Origin: a virus
Taxonomy: Duplodnaviria > Caudoviricetes
DNA length: 59,219 bases
Virus record (IMG/VR): IMGVR_UViG_3300037465_000542
Coordinates: 1-59,219 of that record
Reading direction: 5' to 3' (one strand)
Position 1 is the first letter of the stretch. Every line of letters starts with the position of its first letter. The notes under the pieces were generated by a model. That model did no database searches, had not been told where the DNA came from, and worked only from the letters and a program-made list of their open reading frames with translations. A program made the translations under genes and the position numbers. Shown piece by piece: positions 7,951-17,833 of the stretch.

Positions 7951-9725
7951 GTGCTGTAGAGAAGGTCCTAGAGTCTGATGGCGCCAGGGCCATGCCCGTC
8001 ATCAAAGCTCGTATTGTTTACGGCAGTGCTGTACCAAAGGGGCTTCACGATGCGGTTGCTACCCCGTCCCCATCCTCAGGTCTTGTCAAGAGGGAGGCGG
8101 CCCGTCTTGCAAATCCAAAAAACAAATATGACCTGGTTGATCTGCCGTTTGATGTCGCGACGGTGTCCAGGACGTGGGAGTGGAGCTCGGAGCTCCGTCC
8201 GTGCCTGGACGTCATGGTCCAAAATATACATGGCTTCGGACAAAAATTCACCTCCATCTTCGACGCGATGGATGTCGAGCCATCAGAGGCACAGAAAAAA
8301 GAGGTTGTCGAGGAATGGACGCGCCTAGAGAACTTCATCAACACGTCCTGTTTTGTAAATGAAGAACCCGTCACCCTCACTCGACTGCGTTGCATTACTG
8401 GCTTTGCTGTGGAAGCCGTTGGGTACGCTTTCTGGGAGATCTCGTTGGATGGCGACGACAATATCTCTGCTTTTTCTCATATGCCTGTCGTCAATGTCCG
8501 CGCAACCAAACTCGAGGACGAGCCGACAAGGTGGACTCGGGTTGTGCGAACCCGCAAGCCGGATGGCACGTTTGTAATCAACAAGGTGTTGGGGCTGCGT
8601 CGTTTCCGTCGGTTCTGTCAAGTCAACGAGCGTGGGGAACCGATCCGTTGGTTTCGTCAGTGGGGAGACCCGAGGGAGTACGATTACGAAACCGGGAGCG
8701 AGCTCGGGCCGAAGCCGAGCAAGGGCAGTAGGGAACTAGATCATTGGATGGCCCGAAGGGCGAGCTCTGTGTTTATGTGGCGCATCCATGACGACACAAC
8801 TCCGTTTGGGAAGCCCAGGTTTCTTGGGAATTTAATTACGATCGATGGAGATCGAACCGCCGAGGAAGTGAACTACGCCACCCTTCAAGACGACTGCGTC
8901 CCGGCGGTAGTCCTTCTTGTTAATGGACAAGACGCCAGGGTCACTGGTGAGACGCAGGAGAGGCTCGACGAGTTCTTTGATCAGTCTCGCGCAAAGAAAA
9001 GGAATCGGGGGCGCTGCCTCGTCATTGAGGGGTCGAGCGAGCGAGAAGGGATCGAAATTGGATCCGTCCAGCTCGAAATGAAGCCGCTCAGTAGCGTTCA
9101 GATGAAAGACTCGATGTTTCAGCATTACCAACGAACCAATGCCGATAAGATCCGCTCCAACTTTAGATTCCATCCGATCTTTATTGGTCGCGCCGTCGCA
9201 GAGGGGCGGCAGTCGATCGACATCGGGCGCAAGCTGTCCGACCAGCAAATTTTCGCTCCGGAGCGCCAGGCCTTCGATGACGCCTTCAACACGAACTTCC
9301 TGCCCCACCTTGGGGCTCGCTACCACTCTTTCCAGTCCAATGGTCCTGACATCACAGACCCGCAGGACATGATTCGCGTCTTGTTGGGGGCAGAGCGGTC
9401 GGGGGCTCTGACACCCCGGATTGGCCGAATCGTGCTCGAGCGTCTCTTCAATCAGCAACTCCCCAGCTCGAAGAAGATCGAGCTTGACTATCCCGCGTCG
9501 TTCCAGCTGGCGGAGATCATCGCGGGGGGCAATTTGCGCCGGACCGAGGTCCGGCTTAATGCGCCTACGGGGGCGGCGAAGGCCGTCGAGTTGCAAAAGG
9601 AGCTCGAGCCTGATGCTGACGAGAATCAAAGGAATCTGATGGAAGAGATCAGGCGAGAGTTCGCCGACGAGCTCGACCGCCTCCGGCAAGAAGTTGAGGC
9701 CCTGAAGCATAATGGAGGCGTATGA
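7947..9725 (+). CDS. Portal protein (PBSX-like)
   Basis: Follows TerL. NIHGFG, GYAFWEI, PFGKPRF, DSMFQHY..KIRSNFRFHPIFIG match PBSX-type portals. Confidence 0.88.
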   Translation: MSAVEKVLESDGARAMPVIKARIVYGSAVPKGLHDAVATPSPSSGLVKREAARLANPKNKYDLVDLPFDVATVSRTWEWSSELRPCLDVMVQNIHGFGQKFTSIFDAMDVEPSEAQKKEVVEEWTRLENFINTSCFVNEEPVTLTRLRCITGFAVEAVGYAFWEISLDGDDNISAFSHMPVVNVRATKLEDEPTRWTRVVRTRKPDGTFVINKVLGLRRFRRFCQVNERGEPIRWFRQWGDPREYDYETGSELGPKPSKGSRELDHWMARRASSVFMWRIHDDTTPFGKPRFLGNLITIDGDRTAEEVNYATLQDDCVPAVVLLVNGQDARVTGETQERLDEFFDQSRAKKRNRGRCLVIEGSSEREGIEIGSVQLEMKPLSSVQMKDSMFQHYQRTNADKIRSNFRFHPIFIGRAVAEGRQSIDIGRKLSDQQIFAPERQAFDDAFNTNFLPHLGARYHSFQSNGPDITDPQDMIRVLLGAERSGALTPRIGRIVLERLFNQQLPSSKKIELDYPASFQLAEIIAGGNLRRTEVRLNAPTGAAKAVELQKELEPDADENQRNLMEEIRREFADELDRLRQEVEALKHNGGV

Positions 9726-10978
9726 TGGCTGCTCGTGGCCATTCTAAGACGGGGAAGCTGTCCGAGTCGACCAGACGTCAGATTGGACAGGCGGGAAGCA
9801 AAAAGCGCGAGCGGATGCCAGCTCACGTTTTCTTGAAGCCTGGCGACCGCACGTATCCAGTCAAAACGAAAAGGGGAGGGGCTTGGGTCTACTCTCGGGC
9901 GCTACTCCTGGCGGCGGCCCGCAGGGCCCGCATGAACGGGGAGCCTGGGATTGCCGCGAGGGCGGATCGGATTCGAGCCAGGGAGTTTGGTAGCAAAGCT
10001 TCGAAGGAGATCGTCACGACCGACGCCCTCTCCCAGGCAGGAAAGAAGAATCCTGCCCTGCAGTATGCAGACCTCCTCTCCGCCGATGAGGTGGCTTTTG
10101 GGATCTTGGACGTCGAGGAGCCTGAAAAGCTCATCGAAGGGCTCGTCGACCGACGGGACAGTCTCTTCCCGGAGCTCATCGTTCCGATTTTGGATCCCAT
10201 CTTCTCTAATGATTTTTCTGCCTACGGGGTCAAGTACGCCGTCGTTGACGATCCAGACGACCCAGAGGTGCTCTACGGCATTGTCTCCGTGCGAGGGTAT
10301 CCATCGACTTACGGCTCTGTTGACGACCTTCTCGAGGCCCTCCCAGAGGATCAGCTCTTCATGCCGGAGGTCGACAGGGTTGGAGAGGGGGAGGTCCGGG
10401 TCGTCGCGGTGGGATTGGAGACGGCGTTCGACCCACCCCAGCGCATCTCGACGGTCTACGGGCCGGCCGAGGAAGCGGACGAGGCGATGATCCAGATGGA
10501 GAACGAGAGAGAGTCGTCTAAGGCGAGGCTTGTGACTCTCGTCAAGGAAAAAGGGGGCCCTCATGCCGTCGAAGGGGACCGCGTCAAGAAAAAACTGACT
10601 CTCTTGATGCTCGAGCCCGACTACATCGATGCTCACGACGATGTGATCCGGGAGGAGCTCATCGAGGAGAGCGCTCACGATTGGCTCGATCGAGCGACCC
10701 GTGGCGGAAAGAAAATCAACTATCGTCATGGGCCTGACGTCACGGATGAGGTGAAGGTCTGCGAGTCGTATTGCACGAAGTCGGATCAGACTTTCGTCGA
10801 CCCCGTCTACGGCGAGCAGCTCATCAAGAAGGGGGCGTGGCTTGTCACCCTGGGACTGAGCGACAGGCTTTGGGAGAAGGTGGAACAGGGCAAGATCGAT
10901 GGGGGGTCTTTCGACGGAACGGCCGTTGCCAGAATCCTAGATCCAGACTTCTTGATCCCCGAACAGAAGCATTTGTAA
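9722..10978 (+). CDS. XkdF-like prohead serine protease with extra N-terminal domains
   Basis: C-terminal LEPDYIDAHDD..EESAHDWL..INYRH..VCESY..KKGAWLV..LWEKVEQGKIDGGS. Basic N-terminal module RERMPAHVFLKPGDRTYPV (DUF6582-like). Confidence 0.85.
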   Translation: MMAARGHSKTGKLSESTRRQIGQAGSKKRERMPAHVFLKPGDRTYPVKTKRGGAWVYSRALLLAAARRARMNGEPGIAARADRIRAREFGSKASKEIVTTDALSQAGKKNPALQYADLLSADEVAFGILDVEEPEKLIEGLVDRRDSLFPELIVPILDPIFSNDFSAYGVKYAVVDDPDDPEVLYGIVSVRGYPSTYGSVDDLLEALPEDQLFMPEVDRVGEGEVRVVAVGLETAFDPPQRISTVYGPAEEADEAMIQMENERESSKARLVTLVKEKGGPHAVEGDRVKKKLTLLMLEPDYIDAHDDVIREELIEESAHDWLDRATRGGKKINYRHGPDVTDEVKVCESYCTKSDQTFVDPVYGEQLIKKGAWLVTLGLSDRLWEKVEQGKIDGGSFDGTAVARILDPDFLIPEQKHL

Positions 10979-11007
10979 TGGACTTCAGGTCGGGGTAGTA
11001 TTTGAAC

Positions 11008-11808
11008 ATGCCAAGGCAATACATTGCAGGGTACGATTCGCAAGGGCGGCCCATAATCAGGAGCGACCATGTCTCGGCCGAGGCGCCCAACGAGCGTACT
11101 GCAAAGGCGGAGGTTTTGGGGCTGAGTGTAGAGGCGATCACCCTAGCGAAGGGTGGGGCCAATGAACGTTATATTCTTTGTCGCAAGGAGAAAACAGAAA
11201 TGCCTCAGGTTGATGACGGCGCTCAGACCCCGACGGTCGGGCTTCAGATGGATGGGCTCGTTGCCGATGTTGCTCGCATTGATGCCGCGGTTCGTGAGAT
11301 TCGAGACATTGTGCTGCAGAAGCAGCAGAATGAGCCCAGCCCGACTCACACGATCGAGCTTGCCCGCAACAAGCACGGGACGATCATCGTGTCGAAGCAG
11401 GTTGGGGAGTTCCCGCTCGAGGCCCGCACGGAGATCGAGAACCTTGCGGTGCCCTTCCTGAACAATGCGGAGAGGGTGTCGATCTCGTTTACGCCGGCGG
11501 AGCAAAAGACTCCCGTTGCGGCGCCGGCGACTTCGACGGTCGAGCTACAGAAGCAGGTCAGGGACCTGTCCGATGTCGTCCTTGCCCTCAAGAAACAGCT
11601 CGAGACTCGGGCGGCCGAGCCCACGGCAGCAAATGCGCCAGAGGCGCCGATGCAAGTGACGAAGCAGGTGGGAGACGAAGAGCCGCCCGCGCCCTCTCGG
11701 CAGTCCCCCTCTGGCGGCGCCCCCGCGCCGAAGAAGTGGGATGGCTTCCTGCCCCCCGGAATCAAGCATGAAATGCAATCCCGAGCAAAGGCTCGGGTGG
11801 GTCAGTAG
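11008..11808 (+). CDS. Capsid scaffolding protein (second in-frame start at 11200)
   Basis: Lies between protease and capsid genes; coiled-coil and Pro/Ala-rich; strong internal SD AAGGAG before ATG 11200. Confidence 0.7.
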   Translation: MPRQYIAGYDSQGRPIIRSDHVSAEAPNERTAKAEVLGLSVEAITLAKGGANERYILCRKEKTEMPQVDDGAQTPTVGLQMDGLVADVARIDAAVREIRDIVLQKQQNEPSPTHTIELARNKHGTIIVSKQVGEFPLEARTEIENLAVPFLNNAERVSISFTPAEQKTPVAAPATSTVELQKQVRDLSDVVLALKKQLETRAAEPTAANAPEAPMQVTKQVGDEEPPAPSRQSPSGGAPAPKKWDGFLPPGIKHEMQSRAKARVGQ

Positions 11809-11852
11809 GAACTTGGCCCTCGTAGGCGTTCATTCAAAAGGAGAAATGTGAG

Positions 11853-13067
11853 ATGGCCCAGGTTCCGAACGACCAGATCGTCCAGCTTCGAAAAGAGATC
11901 ATCACCCTTGCCGACACGCTGTCGGCGGCGGGGAAGAGTAACCCCGAGCTCAATAAGGAGTTCATCGACTACGTCTTTGACCTGACGGGGCTTGGTGCCC
12001 TGGGGATTCGGGTCGAGTCGTTCATGCCCGACAAGGCAGAGCTTCACAAGATCATCATGCCCGACCTCGTCATGTTGACGAAGGAAGAGGCGGCAGATCC
12101 CAACTATCGGGTGGGATTCTCGCACGAGAAGGTGGAGCTCAATCCGAAGTCGTTCATCGTCCCCATTGAGATTTCGAAGGATTATTTCCAGTACAATCTC
12201 GAGGGAGACACGATGGAAGAAAAGGCGGTGCGGCTCTTCGCCACCGTCATGAAGAACAACGTCGAGAAGATCGCCTTCGAGGCAGATGTGGTTGGCCCTG
12301 CCGTCAAGGAGAGCGAGCGTAAGAAGAACGGGTCGACGACGCAGTACATCAAGGACAGCGTGTTCTCGCAGTTCGATGGTTTCGTGCGTCAGGCAGACAG
12401 CGCGGCGACCGTCGTGGATGCCGACGGCGCGCCTTTCAGCTCGACGCAGATCAATCAGGGCATCCTGGGCCTCCCGGTGGAGCACCGCGACCGACGGGAA
12501 CTGAAGGGCCTGTTGCCATCGGATCTTGAGCAGAACCTTCGGCACCGACTTTCGGCTCGAGGCACTGGCTTTGGCGACCTCATGCTCGAAGGCGATCGTC
12601 CTGTGAAGATCTTCAGCGTCGATCACCCGGGGCTCGCGCTATTCCCATTCACCCCGAGGATCGTTGAAGACGTCACGTTGACGGGCACGACCCCGGTCAA
12701 TCTGCGGTACAAGGACGTGAGCGGCGTCGTGGTGCTCCCGAGCACGCTTGGGCTTGCCCCGACGACGCCTTACGTCCTGACGACGGACTATATCCTCGAC
12801 ACCGCGGCGGGGACCATCGTTCGTCCGGCCTCTGGGAGCGCCATCTCCTCGGGGCAAGTCGTCAAGGTGACATACAACTCGCCTCCGCAGGCGCTCTACA
12901 CCAAAGCGAAGAACCTGATCATGGCGATCGGCCTCGACATGGAGATTGAGTACGACTCGGACATCTACAAGCGCACCTGGCAGGCGGCGATCCACTTCAA
13001 GTATGCGGTTAAGATCGAAGAGACGAAGGCCGTGTGCAAGGTCATCAACCTCTCGAGGAGCGCGTGA
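11853..13067 (+). CDS. Major capsid protein (HK97 fold, P2/XkdG-like) with inserted beta-domain
   Basis: AGKSNPELNKEFIDYV, VELNPKSFIVPIEISKDYFQYNLEG, QFDGFVRQA, RLSARGTGFGD, TKAKNLIMAI, DIYKR..KIEETKAV. Confidence 0.9.
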   Translation: MAQVPNDQIVQLRKEIITLADTLSAAGKSNPELNKEFIDYVFDLTGLGALGIRVESFMPDKAELHKIIMPDLVMLTKEEAADPNYRVGFSHEKVELNPKSFIVPIEISKDYFQYNLEGDTMEEKAVRLFATVMKNNVEKIAFEADVVGPAVKESERKKNGSTTQYIKDSVFSQFDGFVRQADSAATVVDADGAPFSSTQINQGILGLPVEHRDRRELKGLLPSDLEQNLRHRLSARGTGFGDLMLEGDRPVKIFSVDHPGLALFPFTPRIVEDVTLTGTTPVNLRYKDVSGVVVLPSTLGLAPTTPYVLTTDYILDTAAGTIVRPASGSAISSGQVVKVTYNSPPQALYTKAKNLIMAIGLDMEIEYDSDIYKRTWQAAIHFKYAVKIEETKAVCKVINLSRSA

Positions 13068-13279
13068 TGAGTCAGCTGGTGATGTATCGAGGGCCTGCGG
13101 GTGAGTACCAGATCCTGGGGCATGGCTTTGTCCGTGATGTCCCCCAGAAGGTGAAAGACGAGACCCTTCTGGGTAAGATCAGGGTGCTCTCTGGCTTCCA
13201 GATCCTGCCCGACGAGTCCGAGTCAGCCGCACCGGAACCGAGGCCGGCTTCGGCGGGGCCGACCCGAACGAAGGCCTAG
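13067..13279 (+). CDS. Small head-associated hypothetical protein
   Basis: TGATG coupling to the capsid gene, with GAGGAG SD. Confidence 0.6.
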   Translation: MSQLVMYRGPAGEYQILGHGFVRDVPQKVKDETLLGKIRVLSGFQILPDESESAAPEPRPASAGPTRTKA

Positions 13280-13283
13280 GGTC

Positions 13284-13628
13284 ATGGCGAAGGACAAAGA
13301 GAAAGAGGGCGGCTCGTCGATGGCCGGAGTGTCCTTTCTTGGAGGCGAGGCGCACGACACGCCCCGCCCGCCTTCAGGGAGGGCGGCGGCTTCAGCTTCG
13401 CCTCCGCCTTCCCCCACCGTCACGGTCTTGTTCGACCCCCAGCAACACGCGAGGGACGTCGAGGTCCCGCCCGACGTCCCGCGCTCTCGACCAGGGGCCT
13501 TGCAGGTCATCCCCGGACGCAGTGTTGTCTTGACGAGGCAGGAAATGAGCGTCCTCGCGGGAAAGGGGGTCAAGTTCAGGGTGATCGACCCAGAGGCCGA
13601 GCGACGGATGACGGCCAGGAGAGCGTAG
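13284..13628 (+). CDS. Hypothetical protein
   Basis: Packed ORF in the head operon. Confidence 0.55.
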   Translation: MAKDKEKEGGSSMAGVSFLGGEAHDTPRPPSGRAAASASPPPSPTVTVLFDPQQHARDVEVPPDVPRSRPGALQVIPGRSVVLTRQEMSVLAGKGVKFRVIDPEAERRMTARRA

Positions 13629-13630
13629 GA

Positions 13631-14047
13631 GTGAGGGCACTCCTGCGGGTTTCTACCCGGGGAGGCAAGACGCTTGCCTACGATCTCCTCTCAGCCGACG
13701 GAAAAGAAGCCTGGGCCCGTGATCGGTCCCAGGCTTCTTTTCAGGCGGAGGTTTCTGCGCTCTCGATTGACACCGATGCTGGGTCCAGGACGCTCTCGGC
13801 TCCGGTAGGATTCAGGGTGTATCTCTTCGACGCGGAAGTTGTGGGCCGTAATGGTTCTGGCCCTGCCGTGATTCGTCTTTGGTGCCATGCGGATGATGTC
13901 AAGACGACCCTTGTTCATCATTTGACAAACGGAGTCGTGCGGACTTCAGTCGAGCGAGGGGCGCGCATGAGATGGACCCCAGACGGTGGTGCGGCGCGCA
14001 GCATCAGCGCGGAGAATCGCGACGCTCTCGGGCGCTTGGGGGAGTAG
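13631..14047 (+). CDS. Hypothetical protein
   Basis: Packed ORF in the head operon. Confidence 0.55.
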   Translation: MRALLRVSTRGGKTLAYDLLSADGKEAWARDRSQASFQAEVSALSIDTDAGSRTLSAPVGFRVYLFDAEVVGRNGSGPAVIRLWCHADDVKTTLVHHLTNGVVRTSVERGARMRWTPDGGAARSISAENRDALGRLGE

Positions 14048-14050
14048 CGG

Positions 14051-15079
14051 ATGCGACCCAAAATTTTCAAGGCCGAAGAGCTAGGCGGGCTGGGGCTAAA
14101 GCTCTACGTCTACGCCCCCCTCCCCGACTCCGTTCTGGCGCAGGGATTCACGAAGATAAAAATCGAGAAGCGTTCTGGTGGCTCCTCGTCGTGGTCAGAG
14201 TTGACCACTTCGTCAACGCGCATCTCGCTGGCGTCTGGAGTTTGTCTTTACACCATCATCGACACGACTCCAGGGCTCACAACCGACTTCTATCGATCCA
14301 TTTTCACGAATGACTCTGGGACAATTTCTGGCCCTGCGGGGACCGAGATCGAGGGATCTACGGTTGGGTACATCTCTGTCTCCGACGCCATCGCGGCTGG
14401 TGTGTCTCCCACGATTTCTGTCGAACAGATCAATGCGGCGATTCTTGGTGAGCAGTCATTTATTGAGGAATATACCGGAGTTTGGTTCGAGCCAAGGCAC
14501 GTCTCCGTTGAGTTCGATGGTGATGGGAATCGTCACAAGCATTTCCCGGTCCCCATCCTTCAAGTTGATGGTCTCTATGTGAACTCCGACTTTAGTACGG
14601 CAGTGCCAGAGGAAGATTACTTCTGGCACAAGCCAGGAGATTATAGGCATCACACGAATCCAAAGATTGTTTTGAAGACCGACAAACTATCGCCCCCGTG
14701 GTCTCAGACCCCCGGTCTGAGCTCCGCCGTCTTTTATCCCGGGATTGGGAACCAGAAACTTGTCGGGGTCCTCGGGAGAGTGGACGCTAGTGGTTCGCCT
14801 CCGTACAAAATCAGGCAAGCATTGGTCAGGATGGTCACGAGGTCACTTGCTGGGGATGGCCTCTCGGGGCCTGACCCGACGGTGCAGGCTGGGGTTCTCA
14901 CGCGGGTTGTGGTGAAGGATCACGTTCGCGTCTACACGCCACTCTATCGCAATAGCACCCGAGCCCAGCCACCAACCTCTGCCATGATCACTGGGGACTC
15001 CTTTGTGGATGGGGTCCTACGACATTTTCGCAGGGCGCCGCGCATTTCGGACGGAAAGTTTAGTTTTATGTCAATGTAG
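14051..15079 (+). CDS. Head-tail adaptor/connector with N-terminal extra domain
   Basis: GYISVSD...FIEEYTGVWFEPR..FDGDG...PYKIRQALVRMV...DGVLRHFRR fits neck adaptor proteins; position agrees. Confidence 0.7.
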   Translation: MRPKIFKAEELGGLGLKLYVYAPLPDSVLAQGFTKIKIEKRSGGSSSWSELTTSSTRISLASGVCLYTIIDTTPGLTTDFYRSIFTNDSGTISGPAGTEIEGSTVGYISVSDAIAAGVSPTISVEQINAAILGEQSFIEEYTGVWFEPRHVSVEFDGDGNRHKHFPVPILQVDGLYVNSDFSTAVPEEDYFWHKPGDYRHHTNPKIVLKTDKLSPPWSQTPGLSSAVFYPGIGNQKLVGVLGRVDASGSPPYKIRQALVRMVTRSLAGDGLSGPDPTVQAGVLTRVVVKDHVRVYTPLYRNSTRAQPPTSAMITGDSFVDGVLRHFRRAPRISDGKFSFMSM

Positions 15080-15086
15080 GTGTTGG

Positions 15087-15539
15087 ATGGCAGCCGACGA
15101 TTTGTTATTTCCACATACTATCAAGATTGGCGTCCTAGAAACTTCGGGACAGAGGTATTCCGACGGAGAATTTCTTGTTCATGGGAGGCGCAAGGAGGAG
15201 ATCCACTCCATCAAGGCTCAGGTGGAATGGGACGAGACGTCTAATTTACAAGACTCGAAGGGTGGCACCCGCAGCAACGTTGCTGGATATTTTGTCGTTC
15301 GTGTGAGAGACATGAGAAGGCTCGGTTACGTATCCGGGCGTCAGATTTTGGCGGCGTTGAGCCGGGCCAGGCTCATTTCGGTTGAGGGGCCTGGGGGCAA
15401 TGAGGACGTGATAGAGCTAGACGATCTTCAGATATTTGTCTATTTTGTCAGATCCTTTGGCGCCATGGAGAGTGGATCTGGATTCATTGAGTGCAAATTC
15501 ATGGACAGGTCCCCAACGGAATCTCCCGGGGTTATCTGA
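15087..15539 (+). CDS. Putative head-closure (stopper) protein
   Basis: Size, beta-rich composition and position after the adaptor. Confidence 0.5.
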   Translation: MAADDLLFPHTIKIGVLETSGQRYSDGEFLVHGRRKEEIHSIKAQVEWDETSNLQDSKGGTRSNVAGYFVVRVRDMRRLGYVSGRQILAALSRARLISVEGPGGNEDVIELDDLQIFVYFVRSFGAMESGSGFIECKFMDRSPTESPGVI

Positions 15540-16411
15540 TGGAGATCAAGGCAGATATCGTCGGAGATTTGAGCAAGATCTACTCCCTTCCGGCGGTGCT
15601 TCCGTTCCATGTCGAGACAGCGGTTAAGCTCGCCATCAAAGCGAAGATCGAGCCCAGGCTCCGCGCTGGCGTCGAAGAGGCGCTTCGGCAAGTCGCCGCG
15701 AATCAATTTCTCACGCGACAGTTCAAAAGAGAAATCGCTCCATTGGATTTTGTCGGGTTTACATTTGATAAGAAGATGTTTAAGGGGTACTTCTTCCCGC
15801 CGAAGTTGGTTGGGAGTGGCGAAAGAAATTCCGTTCATTATCTTTACGGGTCTCATAACTCTCGGGGCGCCCCTAGACGAGCATCTTCTGTGTCAACGAC
15901 ATTCACCAAGGCCAATCAGCTTATTGTGTACCTGCATGGAGGCAAGAACCTGGCCGCCCCTCGCCCGATCGTGTACTCCCCAACGGCAAAGCAGAGAGGA
16001 CTCTTCAAACGAGTATATTACTTTTATCTCAAGAGGACTAGGAGGTTATACAAAAAACCACACCAGTTGAGGAAAAAGTCGGAGGCGAAGCGCGTATCTC
16101 AAAAGAGGGCGGATGCGAACAATGCGGAAAGCTCGCGAGTGCGACAGCTATTGGCTCACCTACGCACGACTGGTGGACACTTAAGCAACCCCCCATTGAC
16201 GCGCAGAGTTCTGATCCAACCCAGACCATTCTTCCTAATTGCCTTTGCTCGCTTGAAAGGAATGATGATAGAAGAACTCAAGCAAGCTGTTAGTCTGGCT
16301 TTGACGGCCTCCACGTCAGATAGGAACATGATTTCTCCGTTCTCGTTTGAGGACCCATCTCTACTTCACGTCCCAAGAGCCGCGTCGGGTGTAGGACTAA
16401 GGTTCCTGTAA
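15539..16411 (+). CDS. Putative neck/tail-completion protein (HK97 gp10-like position)
   Basis: Very basic; C-terminal IQPRPFF motif; TGATG coupling. Confidence 0.5.
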   Translation: MEIKADIVGDLSKIYSLPAVLPFHVETAVKLAIKAKIEPRLRAGVEEALRQVAANQFLTRQFKREIAPLDFVGFTFDKKMFKGYFFPPKLVGSGERNSVHYLYGSHNSRGAPRRASSVSTTFTKANQLIVYLHGGKNLAAPRPIVYSPTAKQRGLFKRVYYFYLKRTRRLYKKPHQLRKKSEAKRVSQKRADANNAESSRVRQLLAHLRTTGGHLSNPPLTRRVLIQPRPFFLIAFARLKGMMIEELKQAVSLALTASTSDRNMISPFSFEDPSLLHVPRAASGVGLRFL

Positions 16412-16412
16412 A

Positions 16413-17819
16413 GTGGCTGAAAGAACCACAACCATAGTCAAGAGTTTCTTCTTCACGGAAGCGCTGAAGAGGAATGGAGAAATCTCTGTTTCCGATTCTG
16501 CCAAAATATCTATAAATCGACAGAATTACGGGTGGGAATTTCTAGAGCTTGTCAAACAGGCAGAGGGCAACTACCCCACGGACACGGACCTGACCGCAAA
16601 GACTAATGTGATCAGGATGGACTCGATCAGAAGGATCGTCGGTTTTGATGCCTACGCTGTTGACAAGATCGTAGATAATCAACTCGTCACGTCTTTGGGT
16701 TATCGGGTTTGGGATGGGGTTTCCGAGTGGGTCTGGGTCTCTTCTACCGGGCTTTGGACAACTCCCGCTGGAAGCGCCTGGAATACCGAGGCGGAGATCG
16801 CCAACAACATCTCGACCTTCAATCCGTCCCTCAAGGCGATTGGGTTCGTCGTGAATCCAAGAACGACGGACGGGGCCGTTACGCCGGAGGTGCACGAGAT
16901 CCGCATCGCCGTCGAGGTTCGACTCCCCAGCTTCACCGATGACATTTTCGTCTCTCTTCGAGAGAAGCTGCTTGGTCGAGATGTAAGGCCCTTCGTCGAA
17001 ACCAGTCCCGTTCTTGGCAGCGGCGTGAAGCCGGCGACCGAGTATCTCTTCGAGATGATGGACGACGCGAATCGTTTTCTACTTCAGGACGTACTCGCCA
17101 ACGACAGGAAGGGGTTCAGGGTCGTCGATGTCGAGAGTGTGTACAAGATCGTCAACGGGGAACCCGCGGACGAGATCTTGTCCTCCTACGTCCCAGAGAC
17201 GAACGAGGTCATCCTGGACGAGACGGTCGCGACAGGGACCGAGCTGCTCGTCTCGCTCATCTACGAGCCGAACGTGGTCATCCTGCGTCGCTCGATTGAC
17301 TTCTCGAGTCCCGAGCTCATCCCGTCTCTTGTTTTGCATACGGCCATCACGACCGACTCCTCACCGCATCCGGGCGTCGACGCCCTCATGGTCCGCAATA
17401 AATCGAAGAGCACCGCGCTCGTCATTCATGCTCCCTACAGATTGACCCTGCAGTGCGGTATCATGGGGTTGGTACAGAGTACGAAGGACGAAGCGCGACT
17501 TTTCGAGGAACTGATCGACTTCTTGACTCGGGAGCCGATCCTCAAAAGCAGGCAAACTGGAGATGTGTACAGGATCCAAGTCCTGCAAGAGTTTGAGGAC
17601 GCGACGATGGAGGGTGAAGATTTGAACGATCTTTGCTCTTTCTCTACTACCATCGCCATCCACAATGTCTTGATCTATTCCCGTCGCCCACCTCAGACAA
17701 AGAAGCTCGCTTCCGGTCTTGTCTTCAGCGGTTCGGTCAGCGCGGACGTGGGAAACATTTCCGTTTCTGCGCCAACTGGGGCCGCCGCAGCTTCGGCCCC
17801 GGTGCCGACTATTTCGTGA
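16413..17819 (+). CDS. Putative tail terminator with N-terminal extension
   Basis: Immediately precedes the sheath gene; C-terminal half PSLVL...PYRLTLQCGI...FSTTIAI resembles sheath terminators. Confidence 0.5.
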   Translation: MAERTTTIVKSFFFTEALKRNGEISVSDSAKISINRQNYGWEFLELVKQAEGNYPTDTDLTAKTNVIRMDSIRRIVGFDAYAVDKIVDNQLVTSLGYRVWDGVSEWVWVSSTGLWTTPAGSAWNTEAEIANNISTFNPSLKAIGFVVNPRTTDGAVTPEVHEIRIAVEVRLPSFTDDIFVSLREKLLGRDVRPFVETSPVLGSGVKPATEYLFEMMDDANRFLLQDVLANDRKGFRVVDVESVYKIVNGEPADEILSSYVPETNEVILDETVATGTELLVSLIYEPNVVILRRSIDFSSPELIPSLVLHTAITTDSSPHPGVDALMVRNKSKSTALVIHAPYRLTLQCGIMGLVQSTKDEARLFEELIDFLTREPILKSRQTGDVYRIQVLQEFEDATMEGEDLNDLCSFSTTIAIHNVLIYSRRPPQTKKLASGLVFSGSVSADVGNISVSAPTGAAAASAPVPTIS

Positions 17820-17833
17820 CGAAGGAGAGATAG

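Noticed and set aside
8832-12626. Long minus-strand ORFs opposite portal, protease and capsid (also 19277-20290 and 38960-40805)
   Set aside because: Antisense shadows of well-supported genes.
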